64,000 nt of DNA from NCBI GenBank assembly GCA_964195545.1, contig CAXMQQ010000019.1, forward strand, positions 23,581 through 87,580. Direction: 5' to 3'. This DNA is from an uncultured Acidimicrobiia bacterium. Its GTDB lineage: Bacteria > Actinomycetota > Acidimicrobiia > Spongiisociales > UBA5794. The stretch's first letter is position 1; each line of letters starts with the position of its first letter. Shown one piece after another: positions 27,214 through 36,380 of this stretch. The translations under genes and the position numbers were made by a program. The notes beneath the pieces were generated by a model that made no database searches, was not told the DNA's origin, and was given only the letters and a program-made list of their open reading frames with translations.

Positions 27214-27284
27214 CAGACAAGAGACGAGAGATGTGAGATATGAGACCGAACGAGCTTCTCCCCTTATCTCGTGTCTCACGTCTG
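27214..27284 (+). repeat. 71-nt structured intergenic repeat, copy A
   Basis: cagacaagagacgagagatgtgagatatgag...atctcgtgtctcacgtctg. Hand count gives 54/71 identity, ungapped, to 43074-43144. Its two 19-nt arms are mutually complementary when G-U pairs on the + strand are allowed. Confidence 0.75.
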
Positions 27285-27302
27285 TTCGGTACCGACAACC
27301 GA

Positions 27303-28157
27303 TCAGTCAAATAACTGTCGGTAGATCCTCTCTAGGTCTTCCAGCGAGCCGTAGCGGATCACCATTCGGCCGCCGTTGCCGCGTGGGGTGATCTTGACGT
27401 TGGTGGCCAGTCGTTCGGCGAGACGCTCCTCGAGTTCGATAATTGCGGCCGGGCGCATGGCCGGCATCCTTCTGGGAGGTGTCTCGTCTGGTACGGAGCG
27501 GCTCTTGACCGCCTCTTCGACCTTTCGGACCGGCCAGCCCTCTGCGATCACGCGTTCGGCTATGTGAACCGCATACGCCTCGTCGTCCAGAGCGAGGAGG
27601 GCCCTGGCGTGGCCCGCCGACAGTTCCTCTCGTTCGAGCATTCCCTGGATCGCTGCTGGCAGTTGCAGCAGACGAATCGTGTTTGTGACGGAACTCCTGC
27701 TCTTTCCGACTCTGGTTGCGACCCCCTCATGAGTCATGTCAAAATCTTCCAGTAGATTTCGGTACGCGGCGGCTTCCTCCAGCGGGGAGAGATCCTTGCG
27801 TTGAACGTTCTCGATTAGTGCTTCGGTGAGATGCCGCTCGTCGCTCTCTGTGGACCTGATCACGGCGGGAATCGTTGCCAGGCCTGCTATTTCGGCGGCT
27901 CGGAGCCGACGTTCGCCGGCGACAAGAAGGTAGGAGCCATCCCTCTCCCCCGGGCGAACAACGACGGGTTGGAGGACACCGACTTCGCGAATCGACGCGG
28001 CCAGACCTTCGAGTGCGTCGTCGTCGAATCGGTTTCTCGGTTGTTGCGGACTCGGCGAGATCTCCTCGAGTTCGAGCTCCGCAAAGCCAACCGACGGGTG
28101 ATCAACGGGGATCAACGCATCGAGTCCCCTTCCGAGTCCACTCTTACGTGCGGCCAT
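27303..28157 (-). CDS. parB: Chromosome partitioning protein ParB
   Basis: 284 aa starting MAARKSGLGRGLDALIP, with the ParB box and an HTH region. Confidence 0.95.
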   Translation of the reverse strand: MAARKSGLGRGLDALIPVDHPSVGFAELELEEISPSPQQPRNRFDDDALEGLAASIREVGVLQPVVVRPGERDGSYLLVAGERRLRAAEIAGLATIPAVIRSTESDERHLTEALIENVQRKDLSPLEEAAAYRNLLEDFDMTHEGVATRVGKSRSSVTNTIRLLQLPAAIQGMLEREELSAGHARALLALDDEAYAVHIAERVIAEGWPVRKVEEAVKSRSVPDETPPRRMPAMRPAAIIELEERLAERLATNVKITPRGNGGRMVIRYGSLEDLERIYRQLFD

Positions 28158-28917
28158 GTCTCCTCCGGAATTCGCGAGCTAGTTCTCGACAGGCGATGGC
28201 GCCACGGGACATTGGATCGTATGCCTCGATTGGTTCCCCGTACGAGGGAGCCTCTGAAAGCCTGACGGTGCGCGGAATGACCGTCCTATACGTGGTGTCG
28301 CCGAAATGCTCTCTCACCTGGGCAACCACGTCCGCCGCCAGCGTGGTACGCCCGTCATGCATCGTCAGGAGGACACCTTCGATGGCGAGTTGAGGGTTGA
28401 GGCTCCGCTGCACCAATTGAATGTTCTTCATCAACTGACTCACTCCTTCCAGGGCGTAGTACTCGCACTGGATGGGAATAAGCACTTCGTCGGCAGCCGC
28501 CAGGCCGTTGACGGTCAACAAGCCGAGAGAGGGAGGACAATCCACGAGGACGAAGTCGTAGTCTTCGGCGATGGACTCGAGTGCCTTTCCAAGCCTGTTC
28601 TCCCTGGAGAACATCGAAACCAACTCTATCTCCGCTCCGGCGAGCTCGATCGTCGCCGGCACAACAAAGAGGTCGCGAACCGATGATGGTTCGATGACGT
28701 CTTCGACCGCAATGTCTTCGACCAGGAGGTCGTATGTTGAATACTCGATCGCAGCTCGATCAATTCCGAGTCCGCTGGTGGTATTCCCCTGCGGGTCAAG
28801 GTCTACGAGGAGAATGCGTTCCCCTTGGTACGCAAGCCCTGCACCGAGGTTGATCGTTGTCGTTGATTTGCCGACGCCACCCTTCTGGTTGGCGATGGCG
28901 ACGATTGTGGATGTCAT
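28144..28917 (-). CDS. parA: Chromosome partitioning ATPase ParA/Soj
   Basis: 257 aa with deviant Walker A IANQKGGVGKSTT. Confidence 0.95.
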   Translation of the reverse strand: MTSTIVAIANQKGGVGKSTTTINLGAGLAYQGERILLVDLDPQGNTTSGLGIDRAAIEYSTYDLLVEDIAVEDVIEPSSVRDLFVVPATIELAGAEIELVSMFSRENRLGKALESIAEDYDFVLVDCPPSLGLLTVNGLAAADEVLIPIQCEYYALEGVSQLMKNIQLVQRSLNPQLAIEGVLLTMHDGRTTLAADVVAQVREHFGDTTYRTVIPRTVRLSEAPSYGEPIEAYDPMSRGAIACRELAREFRRRHGRT

Positions 28918-29582
28918 TGGGAACGATCACTGTCCGGGGTTCGGGTACTGGTAGGTGTCATCCTAAGAAGCCAGGCGGGGGAGTCAAGGACCCCCGCGTC
29001 GATTCGCAGCAGGTCGAGCGACATGCCGGGTGGTGCGTCCAGAGACAGATCGGGTTCGGTCGTGCGACTCATCCCCACGACCGCACTTCCCCGGTCGCTC
29101 AGGAGTGGGAGAGCCGCTTCAAGTGCCGCCATCGGATGGAGCGACGCGCGGAAGGTTACGGCGTCTCGCCGGCCAACGGCTTTGAGCACGTCCCGTTCTT
29201 CAACGGTGACGTTCTCGATACCGAGCACCCGAATCGCTCTTCGGGCGAGTCGGCACCGCTCTGCCGACCGGTCCAGGAGCGTGACGTGCGTGTTCGGATG
29301 GGTAATCGCTAGCGGTATTCCCGGCAGGCCTACTCCCGACCCAACGTCGAGGATGTCGGCAGGAGTCCGATCCCATGCAGCGGCGAAGATGATGGAGTCG
29401 GCGACGTGCCGGTCAAGGAGTCGGGATCCCTCTTCCGGCCCGATACCACCGGCGTCGGCCGCTTCGGTATCGAGCCAACGAGTGAATTCCTCGCACTGCA
29501 ACACCTGCGTCGGCGTCAGTTCGACCCCGGCTCGTAGTGCGGCCCGTTTGAGACGATCTTCCGAATGTTTCCCGTGAAACAT
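28914..29582 (-). CDS. rsmG: 16S rRNA (guanine527-N7)-methyltransferase
   Basis: 222 aa with SAM-binding DVGSGVGLPGIPLAI. Conserved position between parA and jag. Confidence 0.9.
   Translation of the reverse strand: MFHGKHSEDRLKRAALRAGVELTPTQVLQCEEFTRWLDTEAADAGGIGPEEGSRLLDRHVADSIIFAAAWDRTPADILDVGSGVGLPGIPLAITHPNTHVTLLDRSAERCRLARRAIRVLGIENVTVEERDVLKAVGRRDAVTFRASLHPMAALEAALPLLSDRGSAVVGMSRTTEPDLSLDAPPGMSLDLLRIDAGVLDSPAWLLRMTPTSTRTPDSDRSQ
29566..29581. promoter_or_regulatory. Near-consensus parS site (15 of 16)
   Basis: tgtttcccgtgaaaca versus consensus TGTTTCACGTGAAACA. It overlaps the first codons of rsmG (ATG TTT CAC GGG AAA CA on the minus strand). Confidence 0.65.
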
Positions 29583-29588
29583 TCGGTG

Positions 29589-30485
29589 TCAGCCGTTGTC
29601 GTTCTCTCCGGTCGAGGCAATCACAACGGCGCGGTGCGGGTCTTCACCCTCGGAGTACGTCTTTACGCCCTCGAGCGCAGCAGCCGCGTCGTGAATGACC
29701 TTGCGGTCGGCTGCGTTCATTGGCTCTAGCATGATCTCGGCACCGCTCTCCTTCACCTGCTCCACAAGTTTTCCTGTGTAGATTGTGAGAGCCTCGCGTC
29801 GACGGGCGCCGTAGCCCGCGATGTCGATCCTCATCCTCGGAGCACCAAACGTATGTCGCTGAACGGTAGTGCGCGTCAACTCGAGCACGGAATACATCGT
29901 GGCACCTTTGGGGCCGACGAGAGCTTCGGTCTGCTCGCCGACAATGTCGAGGTAGAGCACTTCTTCCTCCACCCTCGTCTGAATCTCGCCCTCAAGACCG
30001 AACGACGTGAGGAGGCCGGACAAGAAGTCCTCGGCTACTTTTGCCTGATCTTCGATCGACGCCTCTGGCTTGTCCTTCTTCGTCTCTGTCGTCGCTTTGT
30101 TATCCATCGCTCGCCGCTCCTTAGAGGATCCGTTCTTCTTGGCTTCTACGGGTTTCTTCTTGCTGGGCGGCCGTGAACCCCTGCCAACCTTGGCGTTTGC
30201 ACCGCGCCCGTTGGTCTTCTTCTCTGCAGTCTTCTTCTCGGCGGTCTTCTTCTGTTGCTCGGCGTTGGGCGAACCCTTCGCCCCTCGCCGACTCCGGCGG
30301 TTTCGCTTGCGCGGCTTGCGTGAGACCTTCACGATCGCGGGGCGCGAGCCAACACCGAGGAACCCCGTCTTCCCCTCCTGGACAACCTCGATCTCTGCTT
30401 GATCTGCTGATTCGAGACCAAGTTCGGTGATTGCGGCTTCAACGGCCACATCAACCGTCGTTCCGGTGACTTCCACCCATTCCAT
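29589..30485 (-). CDS. jag: Jag/KhpB RNA-binding protein (Jag_N, KH, R3H)
   Basis: 298 aa. N-terminus MEWVEVTGTTVDVAVEAAITELG. Lys-rich linker with KKTAEKKTAEKKT. C-terminal KH/R3H region. Position after yidC. Confidence 0.88.
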   Translation of the reverse strand: MEWVEVTGTTVDVAVEAAITELGLESADQAEIEVVQEGKTGFLGVGSRPAIVKVSRKPRKRNRRSRRGAKGSPNAEQQKKTAEKKTAEKKTNGRGANAKVGRGSRPPSKKKPVEAKKNGSSKERRAMDNKATTETKKDKPEASIEDQAKVAEDFLSGLLTSFGLEGEIQTRVEEEVLYLDIVGEQTEALVGPKGATMYSVLELTRTTVQRHTFGAPRMRIDIAGYGARRREALTIYTGKLVEQVKESGAEIMLEPMNAADRKVIHDAAAALEGVKTYSEGEDPHRAVVIASTGENDNG

Positions 30486-30488
30486 CGT

Positions 30489-31391
30489 CTATTTCCTCCT
30501 GCGGCGGTTCTTCTTCTTGCTGGCGTTCTCAGACGGACCCGTATTTTCGGGCTCCCCGTCTTCCGGCGGTGTGTCCGCTGGGAGTGCCGGCTTCTTCTTG
30601 TCATCATCTCCGCGATCATCCAATCGCAGGATCAGGGCTTGTTGCCCGACCCGGAAGAGGTTGGATGTTGCGAAATATATGCCGAGTCCTGCGGTGAGTG
30701 TCCACGAAATGAATCCGAAGAACAACGGCATAATCTTCATCGCTGTCTGCATCGACTGTGCAGTCTGCGACTGTTCTTTGTCTTTGTCCTTGTCGCTCTT
30801 CTTCGTTCTCGTGGTCTGGAGTTGCTGATAGAACCCTGCTGCCACGATGAGGATGATCAGCAGGATGTAGGGGAGTGCGCCGAGGAAGTCCCCGCCCTTG
30901 ATCAAATCCGGGACCACCGAACTGGGGGACGCCGTGAGATCCATACCAAGGAAGGAGGTGTTTACATGTTCAACACCCTTCTCAACACCAACACCGATGT
31001 ACTTCGATGTGGCGTAGAGAGTTTCTCCAGCTTCATTCCTGACGGTCTCGATACTCCGCAACACCGAGAAGAGTCCGAACCAGAGCGGCATCTGGACGAT
31101 CATCGGCAGGCAGCCGGCGGCAGGGTTGACTCCACGCTCCTGGTAGAGAGCCATCAGCTCCTTGTTGAGTTCTTCCTTATCTCCCTTGAGTTCCTTCTGA
31201 AGGCGCTTCACCTCCGGTTGGATCTCCTGCATCGCCTTCATCGACCGAGTCTGCTTCAGCGTCAGGGGAAAGAGGACGAGAGAGATCGCCACGGTGAGCA
31301 AGATGATCGCTATACCAAGATTTGGAATAAATTGGTAAAAGAAGTTGAGAACCCCGCCGAGAAGGTCGAGGAGGAGGTTCCAGGGGTTCAC
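30489..31391 (-). CDS. yidC: Membrane protein insertase YidC
   Basis: 300 aa, short actinobacterial type. Contains NPAAGCLPMIVQMPLWFGLF. Basic C-terminal tail. Confidence 0.9.
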   Translation of the reverse strand: MNPWNLLLDLLGGVLNFFYQFIPNLGIAIILLTVAISLVLFPLTLKQTRSMKAMQEIQPEVKRLQKELKGDKEELNKELMALYQERGVNPAAGCLPMIVQMPLWFGLFSVLRSIETVRNEAGETLYATSKYIGVGVEKGVEHVNTSFLGMDLTASPSSVVPDLIKGGDFLGALPYILLIILIVAAGFYQQLQTTRTKKSDKDKDKEQSQTAQSMQTAMKIMPLFFGFISWTLTAGLGIYFATSNLFRVGQQALILRLDDRGDDDKKKPALPADTPPEDGEPENTGPSENASKKKNRRRRK

Positions 31392-31675
31392 ATGTCTCTC
31401 CCAGTGTTCATATCGTGTTCGTGTTGGCCCGACTCGGGTACGGGGTCGTATCCACCTTCATGGAACGGTTGGCACCGTCCGATGCGTTTGACGGCCATCC
31501 AGGACCCGCGACCCGCTCCGTGGAGGCGAATCGCGTCGTACCCGTACTCTGAGCAGGACGGATGATACCGGCAATTGCCCCCGAAAGCGGGCGAGAGCAC
31601 CTTCTGATAGGCCCGGATGGATCCCATGAGAACCCGAGCCGCCGGCGCCGGTGCTCGTTCTTGGTCGGTACTCAT
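31388..31675 (-). CDS. yidD: Membrane protein insertion efficiency factor YidD
   Basis: 95 aa containing CRYHPSCSEYG...RCQPFHEGGYDPVP. Confidence 0.9.
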   Translation of the reverse strand: MSTDQERAPAPAARVLMGSIRAYQKVLSPAFGGNCRYHPSCSEYGYDAIRLHGAGRGSWMAVKRIGRCQPFHEGGYDPVPESGQHEHDMNTGRDM

Positions 31676-32043
31676 CGGTTCTCCTCCTCTCCGCTCGCGG
31701 CGATCGCTGTGGCCAGATCCCTTGTCAGGTGGTCAAACTTCGTTGTGACGACACCCGGCGCAGCGATCACCACGTATGCCGTGTCAGGCTTCAATGCGAC
31801 CCTCCTCAGAGCCTCGCGGAGACGCCGCTTCGCTGTGTTGCGAGATACCGCACTACCGACCCGACGAGACGCAACGATTCCCACTTGGGGAACACCTCTC
31901 TCTCCGTCGGTACGAATCACTCGAATATCTCCACATCTAGCCGATCGGCCAGTGCGGAAGACGGCAGAAAACTGTGCCGTCGATCGCAGCGAAACGAACG
32001 GTCGTCCGGTGCTACGCCGTGAGACGATGGCGACCCTTGACAC
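31672..32043 (-). CDS. rnpA: Ribonuclease P protein component
   Basis: ORF 31672..32100 overlaps rpmH. Start tentatively GTG 32043 (uncertain). Contains [14 protein letters not shown] and [13 protein letters not shown]. Confidence 0.8.
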   Translation of the reverse strand: MSRVAIVSRRSTGRPFVSLRSTAQFSAVFRTGRSARCGDIRVIRTDGERGVPQVGIVASRRVGSAVSRNTAKRRLREALRRVALKPDTAYVVIAAPGVVTTKFDHLTRDLATAIAASGEEENR

Positions 32044-32146
32044 GCCGTCTCTTGATGACGGCGCGGCCGGAACGGGTCCGCATCCGGGAGCGAAATCCAT
32101 GCTTGCGCTTGCGGCGCCGCACGTTTGGTTGATAGGTGCGCTTCAT
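32012..32146 (-). CDS. rpmH: 50S ribosomal protein L34
   Basis: Below the track cutoff. Hand translation: [44 protein letters not shown]. Confidence 0.95.
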   Translation of the reverse strand: MKRTYQPNVRRRKRKHGFRSRMRTRSGRAVIKRRRVKGRHRLTA

Positions 32147-32560
32147 AGTGAGTAATCCCCGCTTGGGAGGTCGTGATACGACCGGGAAGAATTCGGACGC
32201 CTGAATCCTACGTCGCTCAGCGCCCTAGCGGTCGGATCGGTACGAGAACGCGAACTCTCACACAGGAGCGCGAAACCCCGAGCTTGGCCGCGAAACATCG
32301 TTCGCACCAATTCGGAGCGATCTTGAGCATATCGCTACTCTCTCCCATTTATTACCACCTCCTGAAATCCTTACACGTCAACGGTTATCATCGCTTCCCA
32401 GTCTCCGACCGGTCCAGATACCGGAGGTTTTCCCCTTCTTGCCGCTCAGTTCCCTCGAGACATATACTCGCCTCCACTCCCATGCAGAAGACCTCACTTC
32501 CCCGGAGGGAGATCCAGGCCGCGACGGCGATGCGGGAGCATGCTGGGACGTTTGAATATG

Positions 32561-32592
32561 TTTTCCACACCCTGTGGACAGGTGTGTGGACA
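32561..32592. promoter_or_regulatory. Cluster of three DnaA-box-like sites upstream of dnaA
   Basis: ttttccaca (32561-32569) plus two reverse-oriented boxes, tgtggaca at 32573-32580 and at 32585-32592. They lie 30-60 nt before the dnaA GTG. Confidence 0.6.
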
Positions 32593-32622
32593 GGGTACGA
32601 CAGGTCGAGAGGAGCAACAAGA

Positions 32623-33993
32623 GTGGCTGAATTGCGTTCGTCCACCGCGGAGTGGGAGACCTTCCATCAGCAGGTGCGCCGCCGGGTGACACCGGCCGCG
32701 TGGCAGACCTGGATCGAACCACTAGCCTCCAGCATCGAAGAGGGCAGCCTCCATCTTGTCGCCCCGACCGACTTCCACTATCGCTGGGTCGGGGACCGCT
32801 ACCTGCCCGCCCTCCAAGAAGCTGCGCTCGACACCCTCGGCCTCAAAGTCGAACTCACGGTGGTACCAATCGTCGCAGATCCTCCTGCCGAAGCCTCCCG
32901 CCGATCGGACGCATTCCAGGTTCCTCTTCCGATCGACACGATCGACCCAACTCGATCCGGAGCGAACGACCCCCGCCTTGTTCCGAAGTACACGTTCGAC
33001 AATTTCGTGGTCGGACAGTCGAACCGTTTCGCTCACGCGGCAGCGCTCGCCGTCGCCGAGCAGCCAGGGAGCCACTACAACCCTCTCTTCATCTACGCGA
33101 ACGCCGGCCTCGGAAAGACACACCTCCTCCACGCCGTCGGCCATCACCGCATCGAACTCGATCCCCGCGCGGTTGTTCGCTACGTGTCCTCCGAACAGTT
33201 CTTCAACGAATTCATCAACGGAATCCGTCGGAAGAGAATGGATGAATTCAAGGAGCGCTATCGCACGATCGACGTGCTTCTCCTCGATGACGTTCAGTTC
33301 TTCGAAGGGAAGGAACAGATCCTCGAGGAGTTCTTCCACACGTTCAACAGCTTGTACGAAGCGGGGAAGCAGGTCGTCATCAGCTCCGATCGCCACCCCA
33401 AGCATTTGTCGACACTCGAGGATCGCCTTCGGAGTCGCTTCGAGTGGGGTCTTCTGACCGATATCCAGACTCCCGACATCGAGACCCGCCTTGCGATCCT
33501 CAGGAAGAACGCCGAGTTCGCCCCTGCCCCGGTCCCACCGGACGTGATGACGTTCATCGCTGAGAACGTCCATCAGAACATTCGCGAACTCGAAGGCGCT
33601 CTGACCCGTGTGACGGCATTCGCTTCGCTCACGGATGAACGGATCACCCTCACGATGGCAAAGGAGGTTCTCTTCGATATCGTCGACTCCGACCGCGTGA
33701 TTCCGTTGACCGCCGATAGGATCATCCAGGTCACCGCCGACTACACCTCGACCACCGTCGATTCACTGATCGGCCCCAGCAGGAAGCAACCCCTCGCCCG
33801 GTCCCGACAGATCGCCATGTATCTCTGTCGGGAGCACACCGATCTCTCTCTGCCGAAGATCGGAGCACGGTTCGGTGGTCGCGATCACACGACTGTGATT
33901 CACGCCGTCGAGAGGGTCAAGACCCTAATGACGACCGACATGGAAGTGTTCGATCAGGTCTCAACCCTCGGACAGCTCCTGAGGACAACGTGA
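32623..33993 (+). CDS. dnaA: Chromosomal replication initiator protein DnaA
   Basis: ORF 32173..33993 trimmed to GTG 32623 after GAGAGGAG. Walker A GLGKTHLL, and C-terminal DnaA-box-binding helix DHTTVIHA. Confidence 0.95.
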   Translation: MAELRSSTAEWETFHQQVRRRVTPAAWQTWIEPLASSIEEGSLHLVAPTDFHYRWVGDRYLPALQEAALDTLGLKVELTVVPIVADPPAEASRRSDAFQVPLPIDTIDPTRSGANDPRLVPKYTFDNFVVGQSNRFAHAAALAVAEQPGSHYNPLFIYANAGLGKTHLLHAVGHHRIELDPRAVVRYVSSEQFFNEFINGIRRKRMDEFKERYRTIDVLLLDDVQFFEGKEQILEEFFHTFNSLYEAGKQVVISSDRHPKHLSTLEDRLRSRFEWGLLTDIQTPDIETRLAILRKNAEFAPAPVPPDVMTFIAENVHQNIRELEGALTRVTAFASLTDERITLTMAKEVLFDIVDSDRVIPLTADRIIQVTADYTSTTVDSLIGPSRKQPLARSRQIAMYLCREHTDLSLPKIGARFGGRDHTTVIHAVERVKTLMTTDMEVFDQVSTLGQLLRTT

Positions 33994-34180
33994 CCGATAT
34001 CCACACTCTCTCGTCTCCTCTCGATCTGCCTGTTGAGTACTGTGTACTTGTTCACAGTCCCTGTGGATTCCGAAATCCGTTGACTTCAACGATTCCCGGG
34101 CCCTATCCACAATCCACAAGGCCTACTACTACCACTACCGTTTGTAATTGAACTAACCAAGAAGCAGGGGAAGAACAACT
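33994..34180. other. oriC candidate (dnaA-dnaN spacer)
   Basis: Five DnaA-box-like 9-mers: atatccaca 33997-34005, ttgttcaca 34048-34056, ctgtggatt 34061-34069 (reverse), ctatccaca 34103-34111, aatccacaa 34111-34119. They are followed by the AT-richest stretch, tttgtaattgaactaaccaa (34141-34160). Confidence 0.75.
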
Positions 34181-35260
34181 GTGCGTATCCGAGCCGAACG
34201 TGATGATCTCGCTGACGTCCTAGCGCGGGCAGGACGAGCCGTCGGAAGTCGCTCACCCCTTCCGATCCTCCAAGGCCTGCTGTGTGAGGTCGAGGGCGGA
34301 CGTCTTCAAGTGACGGGAACGGATAACGAAGTCACCGTCCGGACGTATCTGGAAGTAGAGGGACTCGAAGACGGCGCCACGGTGATCCCGGCCAAACTCG
34401 CAGCCGACGCGGTCCGCAAGCTTCCTACCGGAGCGGTCTCGATGACTGCTTCGGACGGAGAAGTCGAGATTACCGGTAACGGGCCACGGTTCCGTCTGCG
34501 CGAGTTGAGCGTCGGGGACTTCCCGACGATCGATGACAAGTTGCCGGCCGAGACGATCGACGTCGTGGGGGAGACTCTCGTCAAGGCTCTCAGCCAGGTT
34601 GGTATTGGCGCGTCCGGGGATGAAGCTCGACCGACCCTCACTGGCGTTCTGTTCGAAGAGAACGACGGAGGATTGCGACTGGTAGCAACCGACTCGTACC
34701 GGCTGGCCGTGCGCGACGTACTCGGGATCGGTGCAACAGGATCGAAACTGGTCCCATATCGGGCGTTGAAGGAGTTGGGACGAACAGTTGGTGACGGACC
34801 GATGAAGGTGGCACTCGGAGATCGAGAGGCAGCGTTCATCACGGATCGAGGGAGGCTGACGGTTCGGATCATCGATGCGGCGTTCCCGAAGTACCGCCAA
34901 CTCCTGCCTGATTCCTATCCGAGTCGCCTCGAAGTATCGAAAAGGAGCCTTCTCGATGCCGTCGGAAGAGCGGCGCTGGTGGCGGAGGACCATATACCGG
35001 TTCGCCTGAACCTCCACGAGGGTGGCGTTGAGTTGAGCGTCATCCGTCAAGAGGTTGGCGAAGAGACTGAGCACATCGAGGGCAAATACGAGGGTGAAGA
35101 GATGACGATCGCCTTCAACACCAGGTATCTCACCGAAGGGGTCGGGGTCATCGATTCCGATACCGTCATCCTGGAAACGATCGATGCGCTGAAGCCCGGC
35201 CTCCTTCACGGCGTCGGAGATGAGGACTTCCGGTATCTCCTGATGCCGGTCCGCCTCTAG
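34181..35260 (+). CDS. dnaN: DNA polymerase III beta sliding clamp
   Basis: 359 aa, GTG start. N-terminus MRIRAERDDLADVLARAGRAV...LQVTGTDNEV. Canonical position. Confidence 0.95.
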   Translation: MRIRAERDDLADVLARAGRAVGSRSPLPILQGLLCEVEGGRLQVTGTDNEVTVRTYLEVEGLEDGATVIPAKLAADAVRKLPTGAVSMTASDGEVEITGNGPRFRLRELSVGDFPTIDDKLPAETIDVVGETLVKALSQVGIGASGDEARPTLTGVLFEENDGGLRLVATDSYRLAVRDVLGIGATGSKLVPYRALKELGRTVGDGPMKVALGDREAAFITDRGRLTVRIIDAAFPKYRQLLPDSYPSRLEVSKRSLLDAVGRAALVAEDHIPVRLNLHEGGVELSVIRQEVGEETEHIEGKYEGEEMTIAFNTRYLTEGVGVIDSDTVILETIDALKPGLLHGVGDEDFRYLLMPVRL

Positions 35261-35297
35261 TTGAAGGGTTCGTGACAGTGATGTCGAGAGGAGAGGG

Positions 35298-36380
35298 ATG
35301 TATCTCTCCTGGCTCGAACTGACTGGGGTCCGGTGCTACGAAACCGTGCGCTTCGAGCCGGATGAGGGCATCAACGTCCTTGTCGGAGCAAACGGGGCGG
35401 GCAAGACGAGCATTCTCGAGGCGGTCGCCTACCTTGGAATGCTGAAATCGTTCCGGGGGACGCCGGATGTATCGATGATCACCACCGGATCGGACAAGGC
35501 CGTAATTCGTGGGGAGTTCGGCGTCCCGTCGGGGACCACTCGAGTCGAAGTGGAACTCGCTCACCAGGATCGTCGCAGGGTGCTGGTCAACGGAAAGAGG
35601 CCCCAGCGCAACAGTGACGTCCTATCGCAGGTGCCGATCGTGGCTTTCCAGCCCGACGACCTGGATCTGGTCAAACGCGGGCCGGGGCTGAGAAGGGAGT
35701 ACCTCGACGACCTGGCAGCCCAATTGTGGCCACAGGCAGGCGCCGATCAGATGGACTACGAGCGGGCCATCCGGCAACGTAACTCGCTTCTCAAGCAGGA
35801 GGGGCGACGGGCAGACCCCATCACATTGGACGTGTGGGATGAGAGGGTCGCCGTCGCCGGAGCTGCCGTCTTCGGTCATCGGACCAGAGTCCTCGAAGCG
35901 CTCGACGCGTCGCTGGGTGAGGCGTACCGCCTGGTGGGGGAGACGGGTTCGTTGACGTGGAGATACGAGACGAACTGGGGGGCATCGATGGATGAAGGAG
36001 GAGGAGTTGAACGGCTCAGAGAGGAACTGCTCGAACGACGCAGCCGCGACATGGATCAGCGGGTAACGAGTGGCGGGCCCCACCGGGACGACCCAACGCT
36101 CGTTGTCGACGGCCGTCCTGCACGGACGATGGCAAGTCAGGGAGAGCAACGGACCGTCGCGCTCGCTCTTCGTGTTGCTGCGTACCGCGTGCTCGGTACC
36201 CACCGTTCGATCGCTCCGATCCTTCTTCTCGATGATGTCTTCTCCGAACTGGACCCTCGACATGCTCGGGGTGTTATGTCCCTTCTCGGCGATGGTCAGG
36301 TTCTTGTCACAACGGCGAGAGAAGATGAGGTTCCCACATCCGGGCGACGGTGGAACGTCGACGGAAGGACCGTCACATGA
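35298..36380 (+). CDS. recF: DNA replication and repair protein RecF
   Basis: 360 aa with Walker A GANGAGKTSILEA, an SMC-like signature and LLLDDVFSELD. Confidence 0.95.
   Translation: MYLSWLELTGVRCYETVRFEPDEGINVLVGANGAGKTSILEAVAYLGMLKSFRGTPDVSMITTGSDKAVIRGEFGVPSGTTRVEVELAHQDRRRVLVNGKRPQRNSDVLSQVPIVAFQPDDLDLVKRGPGLRREYLDDLAAQLWPQAGADQMDYERAIRQRNSLLKQEGRRADPITLDVWDERVAVAGAAVFGHRTRVLEALDASLGEAYRLVGETGSLTWRYETNWGASMDEGGGVERLREELLERRSRDMDQRVTSGGPHRDDPTLVVDGRPARTMASQGEQRTVALALRVAAYRVLGTHRSIAPILLLDDVFSELDPRHARGVMSLLGDGQVLVTTAREDEVPTSGRRWNVDGRTVT

Noticed and set aside
27240-27314. Micro-ORFs starting at the ATG inside both repeat copies (27240 and 43100) that share L-x-P-x-SRV-x-RL
   Set aside because: No SD is present. 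The copy B ORF would read through the cobalamin riboswitch core and the copy A ORF into the parB 3' end. The shared residues come from the conserved hairpin arm, so RNA structure explains them more simply.
32173-32622. 150-codon N-terminal extension of the dnaA ORF
   Set aside because: It contains the DnaA-box trio, has no DnaA domain I similarity, and a GTG with a good SD at 32623 gives a normal-length DnaA. Similar upstream extensions were trimmed for argG, argJ, argC, cca, uppS-like, trxB, btuF-like and crgA.
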